From assembly GCF_004010195.1 (NCBI RefSeq), contig NC_057711.1, forward strand, positions 71,088,797 to 71,152,796: a DNA stretch of 64,000 bases. The letters run 5' to 3'. Below, piece after piece: positions 37,380 through 51,429 of this stretch. The translations under genes and the position numbers were made by a program. Numbering within the stretch: the first letter of the stretch is position 1; each line of letters opens with the position of its first letter. The notes beneath the pieces were generated by a model that saw only the letters and a program-made list of their open reading frames with translations, did no database searches and was not told where the DNA came from. Origin of the DNA: Chiloscyllium plagiosum. Lineage: Eukaryota.

Positions 37380-37742
37380 GGACAAAAGAGCTGAATTTCA
37401 AAGGTGAGGTGAGACAGACACCATCCAGGATGAAACAGCCTGCTTGATTGGGACCATATTCACTCCCTCCACCAGCGATGCTCAGTAGAAGCACTACCAT
37501 CGAGAAGACTAAGGGCAACAAATGCGTGGGTTCCTCTCCATGCTACTCACCATGCAGAAATGGAAATATATCACTGTTTCTTCTGTAATACTGGTAAAGA
37601 TCCTGGAACCCCTAATAGCATTGCAGTCGATCTACAATAAACAGACTGTAGTAGTTTAACAAGGCAGCTGGCTACCACTTTCTCAATGGCAACTAAGGGT
37701 GGACAGTAAATGAGATGACTACATCCTATGAATGAATCATAA
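37380..37742 (+). mobile_element. CR1/L2-group LINE 3' end
   Basis: ccatccagga..agcctgcttgattgg..ccactttctcaatggcaactaaggg; same tail family as 46880-48730 and the Deu-type SINEs. Confidence 0.55.
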
Positions 37743-39409
37743 AGCTTTTGAAGAGTGGGCAAGGTCTGCACTACTGTCAAGCTGTGAAGCTTTAAAATCC
37801 CAAATTCTTTCAAAATTAATAAAAGTAAATCCTGCCTTTGAGGAGTAAAGAAATATTGATTCAGCAATGAGAAGAATTTTTTTACTGATATTACACTAAG
37901 GATCATCTTTATGTCAGTATTAATACTTGGCTGTTTTCCATAATTTATAATTAGGTGGTTCTATGTTCACAGTTTAATTGACTGCTCAAAGGGGTTATTA
38001 AAGGATTGGCTGTCTTTGGTATAAGATTATAATGTCAGTTTTTAAAAGTGTGATTCAGTAGTTGAGGAAAATTAAAAGTTTTGAATGAGTGTTCATGAAT
38101 GTAAATCTGTTGTTCATTGTAATGTAGGCTGTAATAGATATTTGGAACTTTATTTTATAACATCTCCACAGGGTTCTTGAAGTCTGTCTAAGGTGAATAA
38201 AGGCTAAGCTGATATGAGGGTTCTAAGGGCAAAGGGTAGTGGGTGTATTGGCATGAGTTCACAAGTTGGCATTGAGGCTGATGGTAGGTTAGATGACAAG
38301 GTTTGACAGATGGCATCAAGTTGGCCTGGAGGCTTTGAGAGATGATTGGCTATAGTTGAGAGAAATGAGTTGGCATGGATAGTTCAAAGCAAGTGGATGG
38401 GGGCTTAAGGTGCATGAAATGGAGGGGTTTTGAGGATTACAGGGCCTAGATCTAAGCAAATTATTTTAGTGAAGTTTTAACATTAATACTAACACTAACT
38501 TAGGCCACTGGAGTGGTTTTAAATAGCTCCCTTTTGCACTTGGCCACATTCAATCTGTACCTGAGGATAGTGGGATCAACTCTGTCCCACACCCAGCTTC
38601 CAGACTGAAGATCCTGATTATCAGCTAAAGCAGGAAGGATGATGAGCGAAAGTTGGACACAGGGAGATTGGAGATGTTCAGCCCTGAGAACATCTCCCCA
38701 CCTACAAATTGCATTTAAGTAAAAATGAAAGATGAGGTTACAGGGAAATGTGTAAGTGAGTAGGTTGTAGATATTTTGCTTACTTACTTCATCTTTTGAA
38801 CCCAGGAAATATTTTGATAATTGTAAGGGCTTATTAAAATTAATACAATTCACAAGTGGTATTGAATCTTATTAGGGAGTAGTAGAGTTTAATGAGTATA
38901 AATTAAACAATAAAAAAATTAATTAACACATGATAAAGGTGTCAGAGCAGGTGATGCGTTGCAACAGCAGGATGTGGGAGCTCCTGGAAGCCAGTGTGAT
39001 TCAGTGTGAACATGCCTTGATAAGTATTTGCAGCTTGAAGAACTTCTGCTCAGAGTTAATGAGCTGGATGTGGAACTGCAAACACTGTTACATTTGGAGG
39101 GGGAGAATTACCTGGTCACTTTATTTCAGGAAGTAGTTGCACCCCTTAAATTAGTGCCTGCTGATTTGGTCAGTGGTCAGGGCCAGAATGGTCTGACTGT
39201 GAGTGAGGCAGGCATGGAAACCCAGGAGGTGGGAGTCTCAGCCTTTACAACTGTCCAACAGGTATGAGTACTTTCAATTTGATAACAGCTTGAGGACTGC
39301 AGTGTGGTTAAGCTGACCATGGTACTGTGGTGCAGGAAGCTACTCGGATGGTGGGGGGAGCATAAATGAATGTAATGGAGTTGTCTGCCTGATTCCAGTT
39401 TTCAAAACA

Positions 39410-39780
39410 TGGGATGATGTTTGCAGTGTGACAATATCAGTGGACTTGTAATCCAGAAGCAAAATCTAATCTTGGGGATATAGGTTCAAATCTCATCAGA
39501 GCAGTGCTGTAATGTGAACTCTATTAATAAATCTAGAATTGAATATCAGGCTTGGTAACAGTGCTGGTGATATTAGAATCAATTGTTGTCTTGGTCACGA
39601 ATGCACGGTAGGGAATTGAATCTATCATCTTTTCATGATATCGCCTACATGAGACTCCAAACTCATGTTAATGTGGTTGGCTCTTAACTGCCCTCTGAAA
39701 TGGCCAAGCAAGCAACTCTTATCAAGGGCAATTAGGTATGGGCTATAAATGCTGATTGTTCCCATAACGGAATTAAAAAA
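39410..39780 (+). mobile_element. Deu-domain SINE (SacSINE1-like)
   Basis: tggacttgtaatccagaa..ggttcaaatc head; gactccaaac..atgtggttggctcttaactgccctctg; tail aagggcaattaggtatggg. Confidence 0.6.
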
Positions 39781-40547
39781 ACAATGTGTTCAAGGCTGGA
39801 GAGGAACTTGCAGTCATCCAGTCATCATTGTTCATGTAGATACCAATGATATAGTAAGGAGAAGGAAAGGGGTTCTGCATAGACAGTATGAAGGTCCTAG
39901 CTAGCAGCAATCATAATATGATTGAATTTTACATTCAGGTTGTGGGAGAGGAGAGTGGCTTTGAAACAGTTACTTTAAACTTAAGCAAGGGCAAATATGA
40001 GGGAATGAATACAGATCTAAAGTGAACGGGTAAATTAAGGTAAGGAATAGGGCAATAGTAATTTGTGGCAGACATTAAAGGGAATAATTCAGGATATACA
40101 GAAGAGATACATTCCAATGAGAAAGAAAATTCTATGGGGAGGGCCCACTATCAATGATTAACTAAAATGCTAACAACAGTATCAGCATTTCAGTGGCAAG
40201 CCAGAAAAAAAGGACTGTAGGATTCACAAGGAGGGGAAAATTAAAGTACAATAGAAGACTGAAAGAAATTTAAGAACAGATAGTAGGTGTTTTGATAGAT
40301 ATTTTAAAAGGGTTAACAAAGTGACCGATGATCCTGTACAAAGTGAGTCTGGATAATTAATAATGAAAACTAAAAAAGATTAATTGAACTATGTGTCATA
40401 TTGTTCTTCACTGTAGTTACAAACCAATATCCAAGAAGTCAGGAAATGGAAGGCTAAGAGGAGTACAAGAAAGTTGAAATCATTGGTACCCAGCAAATAG
40501 TTAGAGGTGGAGGCTGACAAGTCCATTGGCCCTGATTGACTTTTTTT

Positions 40548-40806
40548 AGATTAGATTAGATTACTTACAGTGTGGAAACAGGCCCTTCGGCCCAACAAGT
40601 CNNNNNNNNNNNNNNNNNNNNNNNNNNNNNNNNNNNNNNNNNNNNNNNNNNNNNNNNNNNNNNNNNNNNNNNNNNNNNNNNNNNNNNNNNNNNNNNNNNN
40701 NNGCAGACACGGGGAGAATGTGCAAACTCCACACAGTCAGTCGCTTGAGGCAGGAAATGGACCCTGGTCTCTAGCACTGTGAGGCAGCAGTGCTAACCAC
40801 TGTGCC
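40548..40806 (-). mobile_element. HE1-like SINE spanning the assembly gap
   Basis: (agatt)n tail, tgtggaaacaggcccttcggccc, and gaggcagcagtgctaaccactg head. Confidence 0.85.
40602..40702. other. Assembly gap (101 N)
   Basis: Run of n characters. Confidence 1.
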
Positions 40807-40889
40807 CACTAAGGACTTCTTCCTATGGTCTTAAAAGAAGTGGCTAGTGAGATAGTTGATGCATTTTTGTTTCAATTTTCCAAATTCAA

Positions 40890-43611
40890 AATCACAGAAA
40901 TATTATACTGAAGAAGGAGGCTGTTCAGCTCATCATGTCTGCACCAGTTCTCTGAATAAGCATTATGACTTTGAACCATTCTCCTCTTTGTTCCCCAATA
41001 ACCACAATGTTGTTTCTATTGAAATAATCATCAAAAGTCCGCTTCATTGCCTCAATTGAACTATCTTCACTATACTTACAAATAATATATTGCAGACATT
41101 TGTGACTCTCTGAGTGAAATATTTTTTTCTCACATTACGAAGAATAAAGAATAAAGAGAAGTACAGGAACAGGCCCCTCGGTCCTCCTAGCCTGTGCCGA
41201 TCATCATGCCCTAACTAAACTTTAAATCATCTGCCCTATTCGGTCCATTTCTCTCTATTCCCTCCCTATTCATGTAATCAGCCAGATGCCTCTTAGGTGT
41301 TACCGATGTGCCTGCTTCCACCACCTCTTCTGGCAGTGTGTTCCAGGCTCCTCCCACTCTGCATGGAGAATGTCCCTCACACATCTCTCTTAAAGCTTTC
41401 ACAGTCTCACCTAGAAGCTGTGCTATCTTGTAATTGAAACTTCGACCCTGGGGAAAAGCCTCTGGCTATCCACCCCGTGTATGCCTCTCATAATTTTGTA
41501 GACCTCTATCAGGTCTCCTCTCAGCCACCATCTGTTCAATGAAAACAATCCTAGTCCTTTTTAACTTTTCCTCATTGCCCTCGAGATCAGGCAACATCCT
41601 GGTGAACTTAGCAGTCTCTCCAAAGCTTGCATATCCTTCTGGTAGTGTGGCAACCAAAACTGCACACAATACTCTAAATGTGGGCTAACAAGGGTTGTAT
41701 ATAGGTAGAACATGGCTTTCCAACTCTTGTACATGCCCCGGGCGATGAAGGCAAACATGCATATGCCTTATTAATTACCTTGGCCACCTGTGTTGCCATG
41801 TTTAGGGAACTGTGGACCAGCAGACCTAGATCCTTCTGTAAGCAAATTGAATTTGCTTCTTTTGTTAATTACCTAGATCGATGTCTTCTTGATCTTGATC
41901 TTTTTTAATGATGGAACATTTATCCCTATCCAACTACCTAGCTCCTTACCATAAAATTGTGCTGCTTGGTTATTGACCCCTCTACTAAAAGAAAATGTTT
42001 CTTTCTAGCACCTCAGAGGTTTGTGCACATCTATCAGATCCCCTGTCATCCTCCTCTGCTCTAAGGAAACAACCTCAGCCTATCCAGTCTGTCATCTGAA
42101 TCACTCCAGCCCACATAACATGCTGGTGAACCACCTCTGCACCCTCTATAGTGTAATCACATTTTTTCCGATCCATTCTGCTGCCTTCAGGGATCCATGG
42201 ATTTACACACTAATTTTCTTCTGATCTCCTGCACTTCCTAGGGTCCAACCATTCAATGTGTATTTCCTGTTAGTCCTCCCAAAATGCATCACCTCATGGT
42301 TTTCAGGATTAAAGTCTATTTGCCTATCTGACCAGCCCATTCATTTTTTCTTATAGTTTAAGGTTTTCCTCCTTTTTACCATGCCACCAATTGTTGTGTC
42401 ATCTGTACATTTACTGCACACTTACACATCTCCTACATTCATGTCTGGATCATTAATGTACACAATAAACGGAGGGATTCAATACTGAATCCTGTGGTAT
42501 GTCATTGGGCACAGACTTCCAGTCTCAAGAACACCCATCATCCATTATCCTTTTCTTTCTGCATTAAACCAACTTTGGAACCTATTTGACAAACTGCCCT
42601 GAATCCTATGGGTTCTTAGTTTCTTAACCAGTCTACCATGTGAGACCTTGTCAAAAACCTTACTGAAGTCCATGAGGACTACATCAAATGTTTTACCCTC
42701 ATCTATACCTCCTTGAAAAATTCAGTCATACTTGTCAAACATGATCACGTCCTTACAAAGCCTTGCTAACTATCTGTGATTAATCTGTGCCTTGCTAAAT
42801 GGGGCTTAATTCTGTCCTTCAGAGCTTTTTCAGTAGTTTCCCTATCATAGATGTTAGATTAACTTGCCCATAGTTGCCTGGTTTATCCCTATCACTCTTC
42901 TTGAATAATGGCACCACACTAGCTGCTCTGCAGCTCTCTGGCAGCTCTCCTGTGGCCAGAGAGGATTTGAACATTAATGTCAGAACCCCTGCAATATCCT
43001 TCCATACCGCCAAAAGCAGCCACATCATCTGGTTCCACCCATAGATGACAACTTTGGTCCCTTATGATCCCAATTCATTCCCAGGTTATTCTCTTCGCCC
43101 TAATTTTATTCTTTGATGCGAAATGCCTCCCACAGCTTCCTTGGATGCATTTCCTCTATGTCTGAGGATTTACGCTGTTTCAAGCATGCTAAAACCACTT
43201 CTTCCCTCTCAATGTTAATTTGTTCAAGTATGTCTGAGTTCCTGACCTTGATTTCTAGTCTTATCTGGGCCTTTTCTATCATGAATACAAATACAAAGTA
43301 CTCATTTAAAACCTCAACTACATCTTCAGCCTCCACTCACAGACTGCGACTTTGGTCCCTAATGGGCCCTATTCTTGCTTTGTATTTTTCTCTTGCTTCT
43401 AATGTACTTGAAAAACAACATTTGGATTATCCTAAAAGTTACTCATTAATGTTTTCTCATGTCCCTTTTTTGTTCTTCTAATTTCATTTTTAAGCAACCC
43501 CTTGCATTTTCTACATTTCTTTAGGGCATCCACTGGTTTTAGGCTTTTGGTGCCTCCCTTAAGCTTTCTTTTATTTCTTATCCAATGCTGAATATCCCAG
43601 AATATCCAGGA
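40890..43611 (-). mobile_element. Stack of degenerate minus-strand CR1 fragments
   Basis: [11 protein letters not shown] (41561..41758), VVPLFKKSDRDKPGNY (42819..43028), EVLNEYF (43106..43336). Confidence 0.8.
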
Positions 43612-43766
43612 TCATAGTTCCTTGAAGTAGAGTTGCCTATTCTTGCTTTGTATTTTTCTCTTGCTTCTAATGGCTTTTGGTGCCTCCCTTAAGCTTTCTT
43701 TTATTTCTTATCCAATGCTGAATATCCCAGAATATCCAGGATCATAGTTCCTTGAAGTAGAGTTGC
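43542..43766. repeat. Exact complex duplication (A-B-A') at a CR1 5' junction
   Basis: 43542-43636 is identical to 43672-43766; the spacer 43636-43672 is identical to 43368-43404. Confidence 0.92.
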
Positions 43767-44443
43767 AGGTAGATAGGATAGTGAAGAAGGTGTTTGTTAT
43801 GCTTTCCTTTATTGGCCAGGGCATTGGGTATAGGAGTTGGGAGGTCATGTTGTGGCTGTACAGGACATTGGTTAGGCCTCTGCATTATTGCATTCTAACA
43901 GGAATATTGCATTCTTGTCTCCTTCCTATCAGAAGGATGTTGTGAAACTTAAAGGAGTTCAGAAAAAGATTTACAAGGATGTTGTCAGGGATGGAGGATT
44001 TGAGCTATGGGGAGAGGCTAAATAGGCTGGGGCTGTTTTCCCTGGACCGTCGGAGGCTAAACCTTATACAGGTTTGTAAAATCATGAGGAGCATGGATAG
44101 GGTAAACAGACAAGGTCTTTTCCCTGGAGTGGGGGAGTTCAGAACTAGAGGGCGTAGGTTTAGGGTGAGAGGGGAAAGGTTTAAAAGGGACCGAAGGGGC
44201 AATCTTTTCACGCAGAGGGTGGTGTGTGTGTGGAATGAGCTGCCAGAGGAAGTGGTGGAGGCTGGGACATTTACAGCATTTAAAAAGCGTCTGGATGGGT
44301 ACATGAATGGGAAGGATTTACAGGGATATGGGCCGGGTGCTGGAAAATGGGACTAAATTAGATTGGGATATCTAGTCCACATGGATGAGTTGGACTGAAG
44401 GATCTGTTTCCATGCTGTATATCTCTATGACTATATGACTCTA
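43742..44443 (+). mobile_element. CR1 LINE 3' fragment
   Basis: ORFs 43763..43945 and 43979..44356 (ERLNRLGLFSL, FTQRVVCVWNELPEEVV); (tatgact) tail. Confidence 0.92.
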
Positions 44444-44517
44444 TCTTTGCACTTATTCTCAGCAACAGGGGCAAGCAGCTTTCCACTATCCAGAGCACTG
44501 AACAATCAAGGGGTGGA

Positions 44518-44640
44518 CATAAAACAGAAATGGCTAGAAAAACGCAGCAGGTCTGGCAGCATCTGTGGAGAGAAAGCAGAGTTAACATTTCAAGTTCAAT
44601 GACCCTTCTGCAGCACCTGTAGTTCTTTGGTTTTGTTTGG
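44518..44640 (-). mobile_element. Penelope-like 3' remnant
   Basis: Minus strand ctgcagaagggtcattgaacttgaaatgttaactctgc..ccacagatgctgccagacctgctg. Confidence 0.65.
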
Positions 44641-45554
44641 TCAAGAATGAACATGTTGCTGTATGGTATCAATACCACACCTGCAGCATGTGTCAGAAGC
44701 GTATTTGGCAAACACAGCATGCATTTCAAGTAAGACAACATATTAAAGCCAAAGGGAGTCAGTACTTAGTGGAATGAAGAGGGACCACAGTTAGTACGTC
44801 ATAAGGATAAGCATATGGATGATGATGGGATAGTGTAGGGTGATGGGCTTAGATTAGTTCACAGGTCAGCGCAACATTGAGGGCCATAGGGCCTGTTCTG
44901 TGCTGTATTGTTCTATGTTCTATAACGTGATGAATGGTTCCTTATATAAAAATGACTGGAATTTAAAAAAAAAACAAATCAAGAAAATTTTGGGAAAAGG
45001 TGTATAAAACTAGTTGAACCTAACAAAGTAGTTTTGGCATAATTCGAAATTACCTGTGACAATTGTCAATTGTGAACAAAATACAGAGGCCTGAGGATAC
45101 ATTTTCTTAACAATAGTTAAAAAAATGCTTTTTCATGAAAATAGACATTTAAAAGCACACGATAAATGGGTTAGGCCAATAAGCAGTCTGGGAAAACAAA
45201 ACTTGATTTATGATAAGGAAGTAAAATGAACTGGAATGAAGTGGAATGTTCTGGAAATATGAAAACAAACTCGAGACCTGAAATTATTAGTCCTCAGTTA
45301 CATCTCTAGTTTCAGAACCCAGATTAAAATTTGAACTACAAGAAGTAAATAAACATGACAGTAAGACTGCGATGAGGTGAATTTCTTTTCTCTCCGAGAA
45401 TTATTAGTCATTGCGATTCTTTCCTCCAAGGACAGTGGGACCTGTATCATTAAAAATATTCCAAGGCTATGTTAGCTTGCTTTTTGACTGAAAATGGAAC
45501 TATGGGTTACAGAGCACAACAGAAAACTGAAGTTCACAGGCCACACAATCAGAT

Positions 45555-45965
45555 TACAGAGGCTCAAAGGGTGGCACAAATATTGGAGTCAGAGAAATAG
45601 GTTCGAATTCATGGGACATTGGCACCAAATCTGGGGAAGGAAGGAGTAGTTCTGATTGTATGGGCTCCCGCTGAATCATGCTGGGACCAGACATCTGATG
45701 AATCGCATGACTAGGTGTAGCGACTGGGACCAGGCGGACCCCATTGATTACAAGGTTCATGACTGAGATTGTGAACTTAGGCCAATCAGGAAATCCTTGG
45801 CTGACCAATAAAGCCAAGAGATTAGGATCTCCTCAGTTAAGGACCGACTCCAAGCTGGCTAGCCACAGCGAGTGTTCTGTGCACTAGGAAATAAAAGGTG
45901 ACGGGACCTAGCCTCTGTGCAGTTATTTCACTCAGGCTGTAGATAGAGCTTTAAACTAAACAGTG
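45555..45965 (+). mobile_element. CR1 ORF1 esterase C-terminal fragment
   Basis: FEFMGHWHQIWGR..GLPLNHAGT; interrupted by a small solo LTR. Confidence 0.6.
45716..45930 (+). mobile_element. Short solo LTR (215 bp)
   Basis: TGTAG...TTTCA ends, ccaat box, aataaa; imperfect flanks ctagg/ctcag; interrupts CR1 ORF1. Confidence 0.55.
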
Positions 45966-46879
45966 AGGATTAGGGTTCAGTTGCATGGAAGATTAGAAAA
46001 ACAAAGTTGAACAAAGGTGTAGGATTGCAGTTTAATAATGGTGGAGTTTGTTACCATAAAATAAAAGGAAAGAACAGAATGTCATATTGTACCAAGGAAT
46101 CATAAAAAAAAATTGATGCTACCACCTTAGCTCTGTGGAATAGTCATGCAATTACAATAATTCTAGTTGTGTTAGTTTATTCTTGCATTACATGAGTTGC
46201 AAAAGACTTGTTTTGGAATGAAGGGCTAGGGAAAGCTTAAGAAGATTCCATACACCATGGACACAAATTGTTTGCATTGCTAGGCTTTTTAGAGATTAGA
46301 TGCATGTTCTAGAATTTTAAACATGATTATCTATAGTTAGCAGGAATATTTCTGTATAATTTTCCTTAAGCAGCTGTGGGTGACATAACAGCATAGAACT
46401 TCCATTGACAATGTAAGATGCAGGTTTGATGCATCAAATGCTTTTTTGAAACCCTAATTGTATAAATTAATAATTAATAAATGGTTGCTTAGGGAGATGA
46501 TTTTTCACACAGCACTCGAGGACATTGTCTGGGAGGATTTTAAAAGTTTTCTCGAAGTTCCAATGATAAACATAGCTACACACCCATTGTTCAAATATAA
46601 TTTTGTGACTTACAAGCACTTAACGTATTCAAAATTATTAAGTTGTAAATAGGATAAAACCAACTAACAACCACGTTTTCATTGTTAAATAGGGAAACCA
46701 AGAGGTTGCTGTCCAATATGCCTTCGTCTTGCACAAGCTTTTACTTACAGGTATTTCATTGAGAGATTCTTCACTAAGATTCAGCAAAGGGGGTGAAGTT
46801 GTACTATTTACATGGTAGAAACACATAACTTTCTCAAAAAAAAAATAAGCTATTTTTTTTTAAAAACTGTCAATAAGGT

Positions 46880-48730
46880 GTTAGTTTTGCCGGTGAAACC
46901 ACCACTCATTGCCTATCTTAAGTTGCCCTTGAGAAGTTCATAGCCAGCTGGCTTCTTGCTGCAGTCCACCTGGTTTAGATATGCCCATAATATCGTTAGG
47001 GAGGAAATGCTTGCATTTTGACTCAGTAGCTCTGAAGGAATGGCAATATATTTCCAAATCAGGATGGTGAGTGGCTTGGAGGGGGATTTGCAGGTGGTGA
47101 TATTCCTAATCATCTGATAGTCCCTCTGGATGGTAGTTGTTGTGAGTTTGGAAAGTGCTGTCTATGGACACATGACGACTTTCTGCATTGCATTTTGTAG
47201 ATGGTACATGTTGCTGAGTTGGTGGTGGAGGGAATGAATGTTTGTGGGTGTGATGCCAATTAAGCAAGCTACGTTATTCTGGATGGTTCACAGAATTTCT
47301 GCAGTGTGGAAACAGGCCATTTGGCCCAACAAGTCCACACCTACACTCCAAAAAACATCCAATCTAGACTCACCCTCTACCGTATAATCCCCCCATTTTA
47401 CAAATGCCTGGACACTATTTGCAATTTTGTCATGGCCAATCCAGCTAATGTGTCCATCTTTGGACTATGGGAAGAATACAGGAGCACCCAGTGGAAACCC
47501 AGGGAGAATGTATACACTCCACACAAACAGTCACTCAAGGCTGGAATTGAACCAGGTCCCTAGCACTGTGAGGCAGCAGTGCTAACCACTGAGTCCCAGG
47601 CCAGATGGTGCAAAACTTCTTGACCGTTGTTGGAGCTGCATCCATCCAGACAAGTGGAGAGTATTCCAGCAACTCACTGCAGAACTCCTAGCCTCTAACC
47701 TCTACTGTAACCACAATATTTATAAGATTAGTCTAGTTCAATTTCTGGTCAATGATGTTGATAGTGGAGAATTCAGCAATGGTCATACCATTGAACGTCA
47801 AAGGGCAATGTTTGGATTCTCAATTATTGGAGATATTAATTGCAGGGTACATGTGTGGTGTGAATGTTACTTGACATTTGTCAGCACAAATCTGGATATT
47901 GCCCACATCTTGCTGCATTTTTACAAGGATATGATAAGTTTTGAATGATGGTAGATATTATACAATCATCTGGAAACATTCCGTCTTCTGTTCAAAACAA
48001 TTGGAGGAAAAGGCTTCATTGCTGAAGCAGATGAAGATGATTGGGCTGAGGACATTATCCTGAGGAACTCCTGCAGAGATGCCCTGGAGCCGAGATGACT
48101 GACTTCCAACAACCACAGCATTCTCCTATGTGTCAGATTTAATTCTAATGTGCCCCAATTCGCATTGCCTCTAGTTTTGCTAGGGGTTCTTCATATCATA
48201 TTTGGTCAGATGTGGCCTTGATGTCAAGGTCTGTCATTTCACCTCACCTCTGGAATTCTGCTCATTTGTCATATTTAAACTAAGGCAGCAATGAGGTCTG
48301 GAGCTAAATTGGAATGCAAACTAAGCATCACCGAGCAAGTTGGTGCTGAGTTAGTGCTGCTTGATAGCACTTTTGATGACACCTTCCATCACTTTACTAA
48401 TGATCTGATGGGGCCGCAATTGGCTGGATTAGATTTGCTCTGTTTTTTCTATACAGAACATTTTCTATATTTTCAGTTAGGTGCCAGTATTGTTGCTGTA
48501 CTGGAACAGATTGTTAGGGATGCAGCAGTTCAGGAGCACAAATCTTCAGTATTATTGCTGGAATGTTGTCAAGGCCATAGCCTTTGTTGTATCCAGTGCT
48601 TCCAGCTATTTCTGGGTGTCACGTTGAGTAAATTGAATTGGCTGAAGACTAGCATCTGGGAACCTCTGAAGGAGGCAAAGTTGGATCATTTATTCAATAT
48701 ATCTGACTGAGGATTGTTGCAAATGTTTCA
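46880..48730 (-). mobile_element. CR1/L2-group LINE RT fragment, interrupted by an HE1 SINE
   Basis: Minus-strand LDIKA (ccttgatgtcaagg), GVPQ (tgaggaactcc), and the tail shared with 37380-37742. Confidence 0.65.
47291..47594 (-). mobile_element. HE1-like SINE
   Basis: gtggaaacaggcc..catctttggact..gaggcagcagtgctaaccactgag. Confidence 0.85.
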
Positions 48731-49790
48731 TCCTTATCTTTTGTATATATTCTGGTATAAGTGAATTCTTAATAGTGTTATAATTCTTAATGACTTCCAA
48801 TCAATCATGCTGGCACTTAAAATGAACTTTTCCTACTGTGGTGAACATTTATTTGGATTTTAATTCTCATTAGAAATTTAAAATAATTAAACTTTTATAC
48901 CTTTCTCTGTCTCTTTTGTTTCTCTCCGTAAGACCATAAAGCATAGGAAGAGAAATAGGCCGTTCCACCCATCAAGTCTAATCTGCCATTCAGTGAGGTC
49001 ATGGCAGATCGCAAAATCCTCAACTCACTTTCCTGCCTTTTCTGCATAACCCTTGATTCCCTTACTGATTAGCAATCTATCAATCACAGCTTTGAATATA
49101 CTTAATGACTCAGCCTCAACAGACTTTTATGCTAAAGATTCACAACCCTCTGAGAGAAGAAATTCCTCCTCATTTCTGTCTTAAATGTGCAGGTCCTTAT
49201 TCTGAGATTATTCCCTCTGGTCCTAGACTCTCCCACAAGGGGAAACAAACTTTTTTGCATCTACTCTATCAAGTTCTCTAAGAATCTTGTATGCTTTAAT
49301 AAGGTTGTCTGTCATTCATCTATATTCCAATGAATACAGGCCAAATCTACTCAATCTCTCCTCACATAAGGCAGTTTCTCTATATTTAGTATCAATCTAG
49401 TGAACTGTCTTCAAATTGCCTCGAATGCCAGTATATCTTTCCTTTGATAAATGGCCCAAAACTGCTCTCAGTATTCCAGCTATTGTTGGACTGGTACATC
49501 TATAACCTTAGCAAAACTACCCTACTTTCAAATTCCACTACCTTTGAAATAAAGGCCAACATTTCATTTGCTTGTCCTATTACCCATTGAACTTGGATAT
49601 TGGTTTTTTGTGATTCATGGATGAGAATTCCAAATCCCTCCATTCCCTAACTTTCTATCGTCTTTCCACATTTAAATACTATTCTGACCCTATATTCTTC
49701 CAGACAGAGTGTGTAACTTCACATTCCCCCACACTGTAATCCATTGCCAAATGTTTGCACACTCACTTACTCTGTCCATATTTCTCTGCA

Positions 49791-49919
49791 TTCCTGATGA
49801 AGAGCTTATGCCCAAAACATTGATTCTCCTGCTCCTCGGATGCTGCCTGACCTGCTGTGCTTTTCCAGCACCACACTCTTGACTCTGATTTCTAGCATCT
49901 GCAGTCCTCACTTTCTTCA
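49791..49919 (+). mobile_element. Penelope-like 3' remnant with ~14-bp TSD
   Basis: cctgatgaagagcttatgcccaaaacattg...; flanks catatttctctgca (49777-49790) and catatctctctgca (49920-49933). Confidence 0.8.
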
Positions 49920-50382
49920 CATATCTCTCTGCAGACTCTTTGTATCATTCTCACCATTTGCTTTCCTACCTTTTTTTTTTGTCAATTGAAAACTTGGCGA
50001 CAGTACATTCACTTTCCATATCCAAGTAATTAATAAAGTGTATTGTAAATAGCTGTAGCCCCAACACTGATTCTTGTGGCACACCACTAGTTACAATGTG
50101 CCATCCTAAAAATGCCCCCTTTACCCAATCCTCTGTCTTTTATTAGTTAGCCAATCCTTTATCCATGCTAATGTACTACCTTCAACACCTTGGGCTCTTC
50201 TCTTATTAATTAACCTCATGTGTGGCACCTTATTAAATGCCTTTTGTACATCCAAATATATTTAACACACTGCTTCCTCTTTATCCTGCTTGTTACCTTC
50301 TCAAAGAAATCTAGTAAATTTGTCAGGCATGATTTCCCCTTCATGAAGCCATGCCAACTCATCTTAATCATATTATGCTTTT

Positions 50383-50860
50383 AGAGTCATAGAGTTACAG
50401 AGATGTACAGTACAGAAACAGACCCTTTGGTTCAAGTCGCCCATGCCAACAAGATATCCTCAATAAATCTAGTCCCATGTGCAGCATTTGGCTCATATCC
50501 TTCTAAATATTTCCTGCTCATATACCCATCCAGTCACCCTTTAAATATTATGGTGTACCAGTCTCCATCACTTCCTCTGGCAGCTCATGCACCACCCTCT
50601 GTGTAAAAACATTGTTCCCCACATCCCTTTTATATCTTTCCCCTCTCACGTTAAATCTATGCCCTCTAGTTTTGGACTCCCCCACCCAGGGGAAAAGAGC
50701 AGGGAGACCAAAATTGCATGCAGTATTCCAATAGCAGCCTAACCAATGTCCTGTACAGCTGCAACATGACCTCCCAATTCCTATACTCAATTCATTGACC
50801 AATAAAGACAAGCATACCAAACACTTTCTTCACGATCTTATCTACTTGTGACTCCACTTC
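50383..50860 (-). mobile_element. Younger CR1 3' fragment (internally deleted)
   Basis: GESKTRGHRF, FTQRVV; tail agagtcatagag. Confidence 0.85.
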
Positions 50861-51429
50861 TAAATGCTTTACAATTGCATCCTTTATAATTGACTTTGAC
50901 ATTTTCCCAGGTGTTAATCTAACTGGCTGAAGGCTTTTTGTCTTCTTCATTTTTTAAATAAAGGTGTTCGATTGACAGTTTCCCAACCATCTGGGACTTG
51001 TCTTTGTAATTTTCCTTATTTGAGCTTAGCATCGTTATTTCTGACTCAAGTTCTTCCCTCTCAAACTGAATGCTAAATTCTATCATGTTCGGAAGAGATC
51101 ACTGTTTCGGAAGAGATCTTTTACTCTGATATCATTTATTAATCCTATCCCATTTCCAGATCCAAAACAGTTTGATCCCTTGTTGGATCCACAACATAGT
51201 GTCTTAGGTAATTGTCCTGAATACTCTTTATGAATTCTTCTTCATGACTTCCTCTACCAATCTGACGAACCAAAACTTCATGAAGATTAATGTAACTTAT
51301 GATTAGTGTACTGCCTTTTTTACATGCCCTCATCACCTCCTGATTTATTCTGTGTCCCACCACATAGTCACTCATAGGAGGCCTGTAAACTACTCCTACC
51401 AATGTCTTCTTTCTCTGTTCCCTGGCCAA

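Larger units (their letters stand above)
38900..40885 (+). mobile_element. Old CR1 with ORF1 zinc-finger start and ORF2 scraps (nested SINEs)
   Basis: QVMRCNSRMWELL..LQLEELLLRVNELDVELQTL; HVDTNDI at 39833; GPD..VLKEVA spanning 40528-40845. Confidence 0.7.

Noticed and set aside
40548..40830. Possible scaffold mis-join at the N gap inside a high-copy SINE
   Set aside because: The host CR1 reads through on both sides (GPD..VLKEVA) with a gactt duplication, which supports a correct join.
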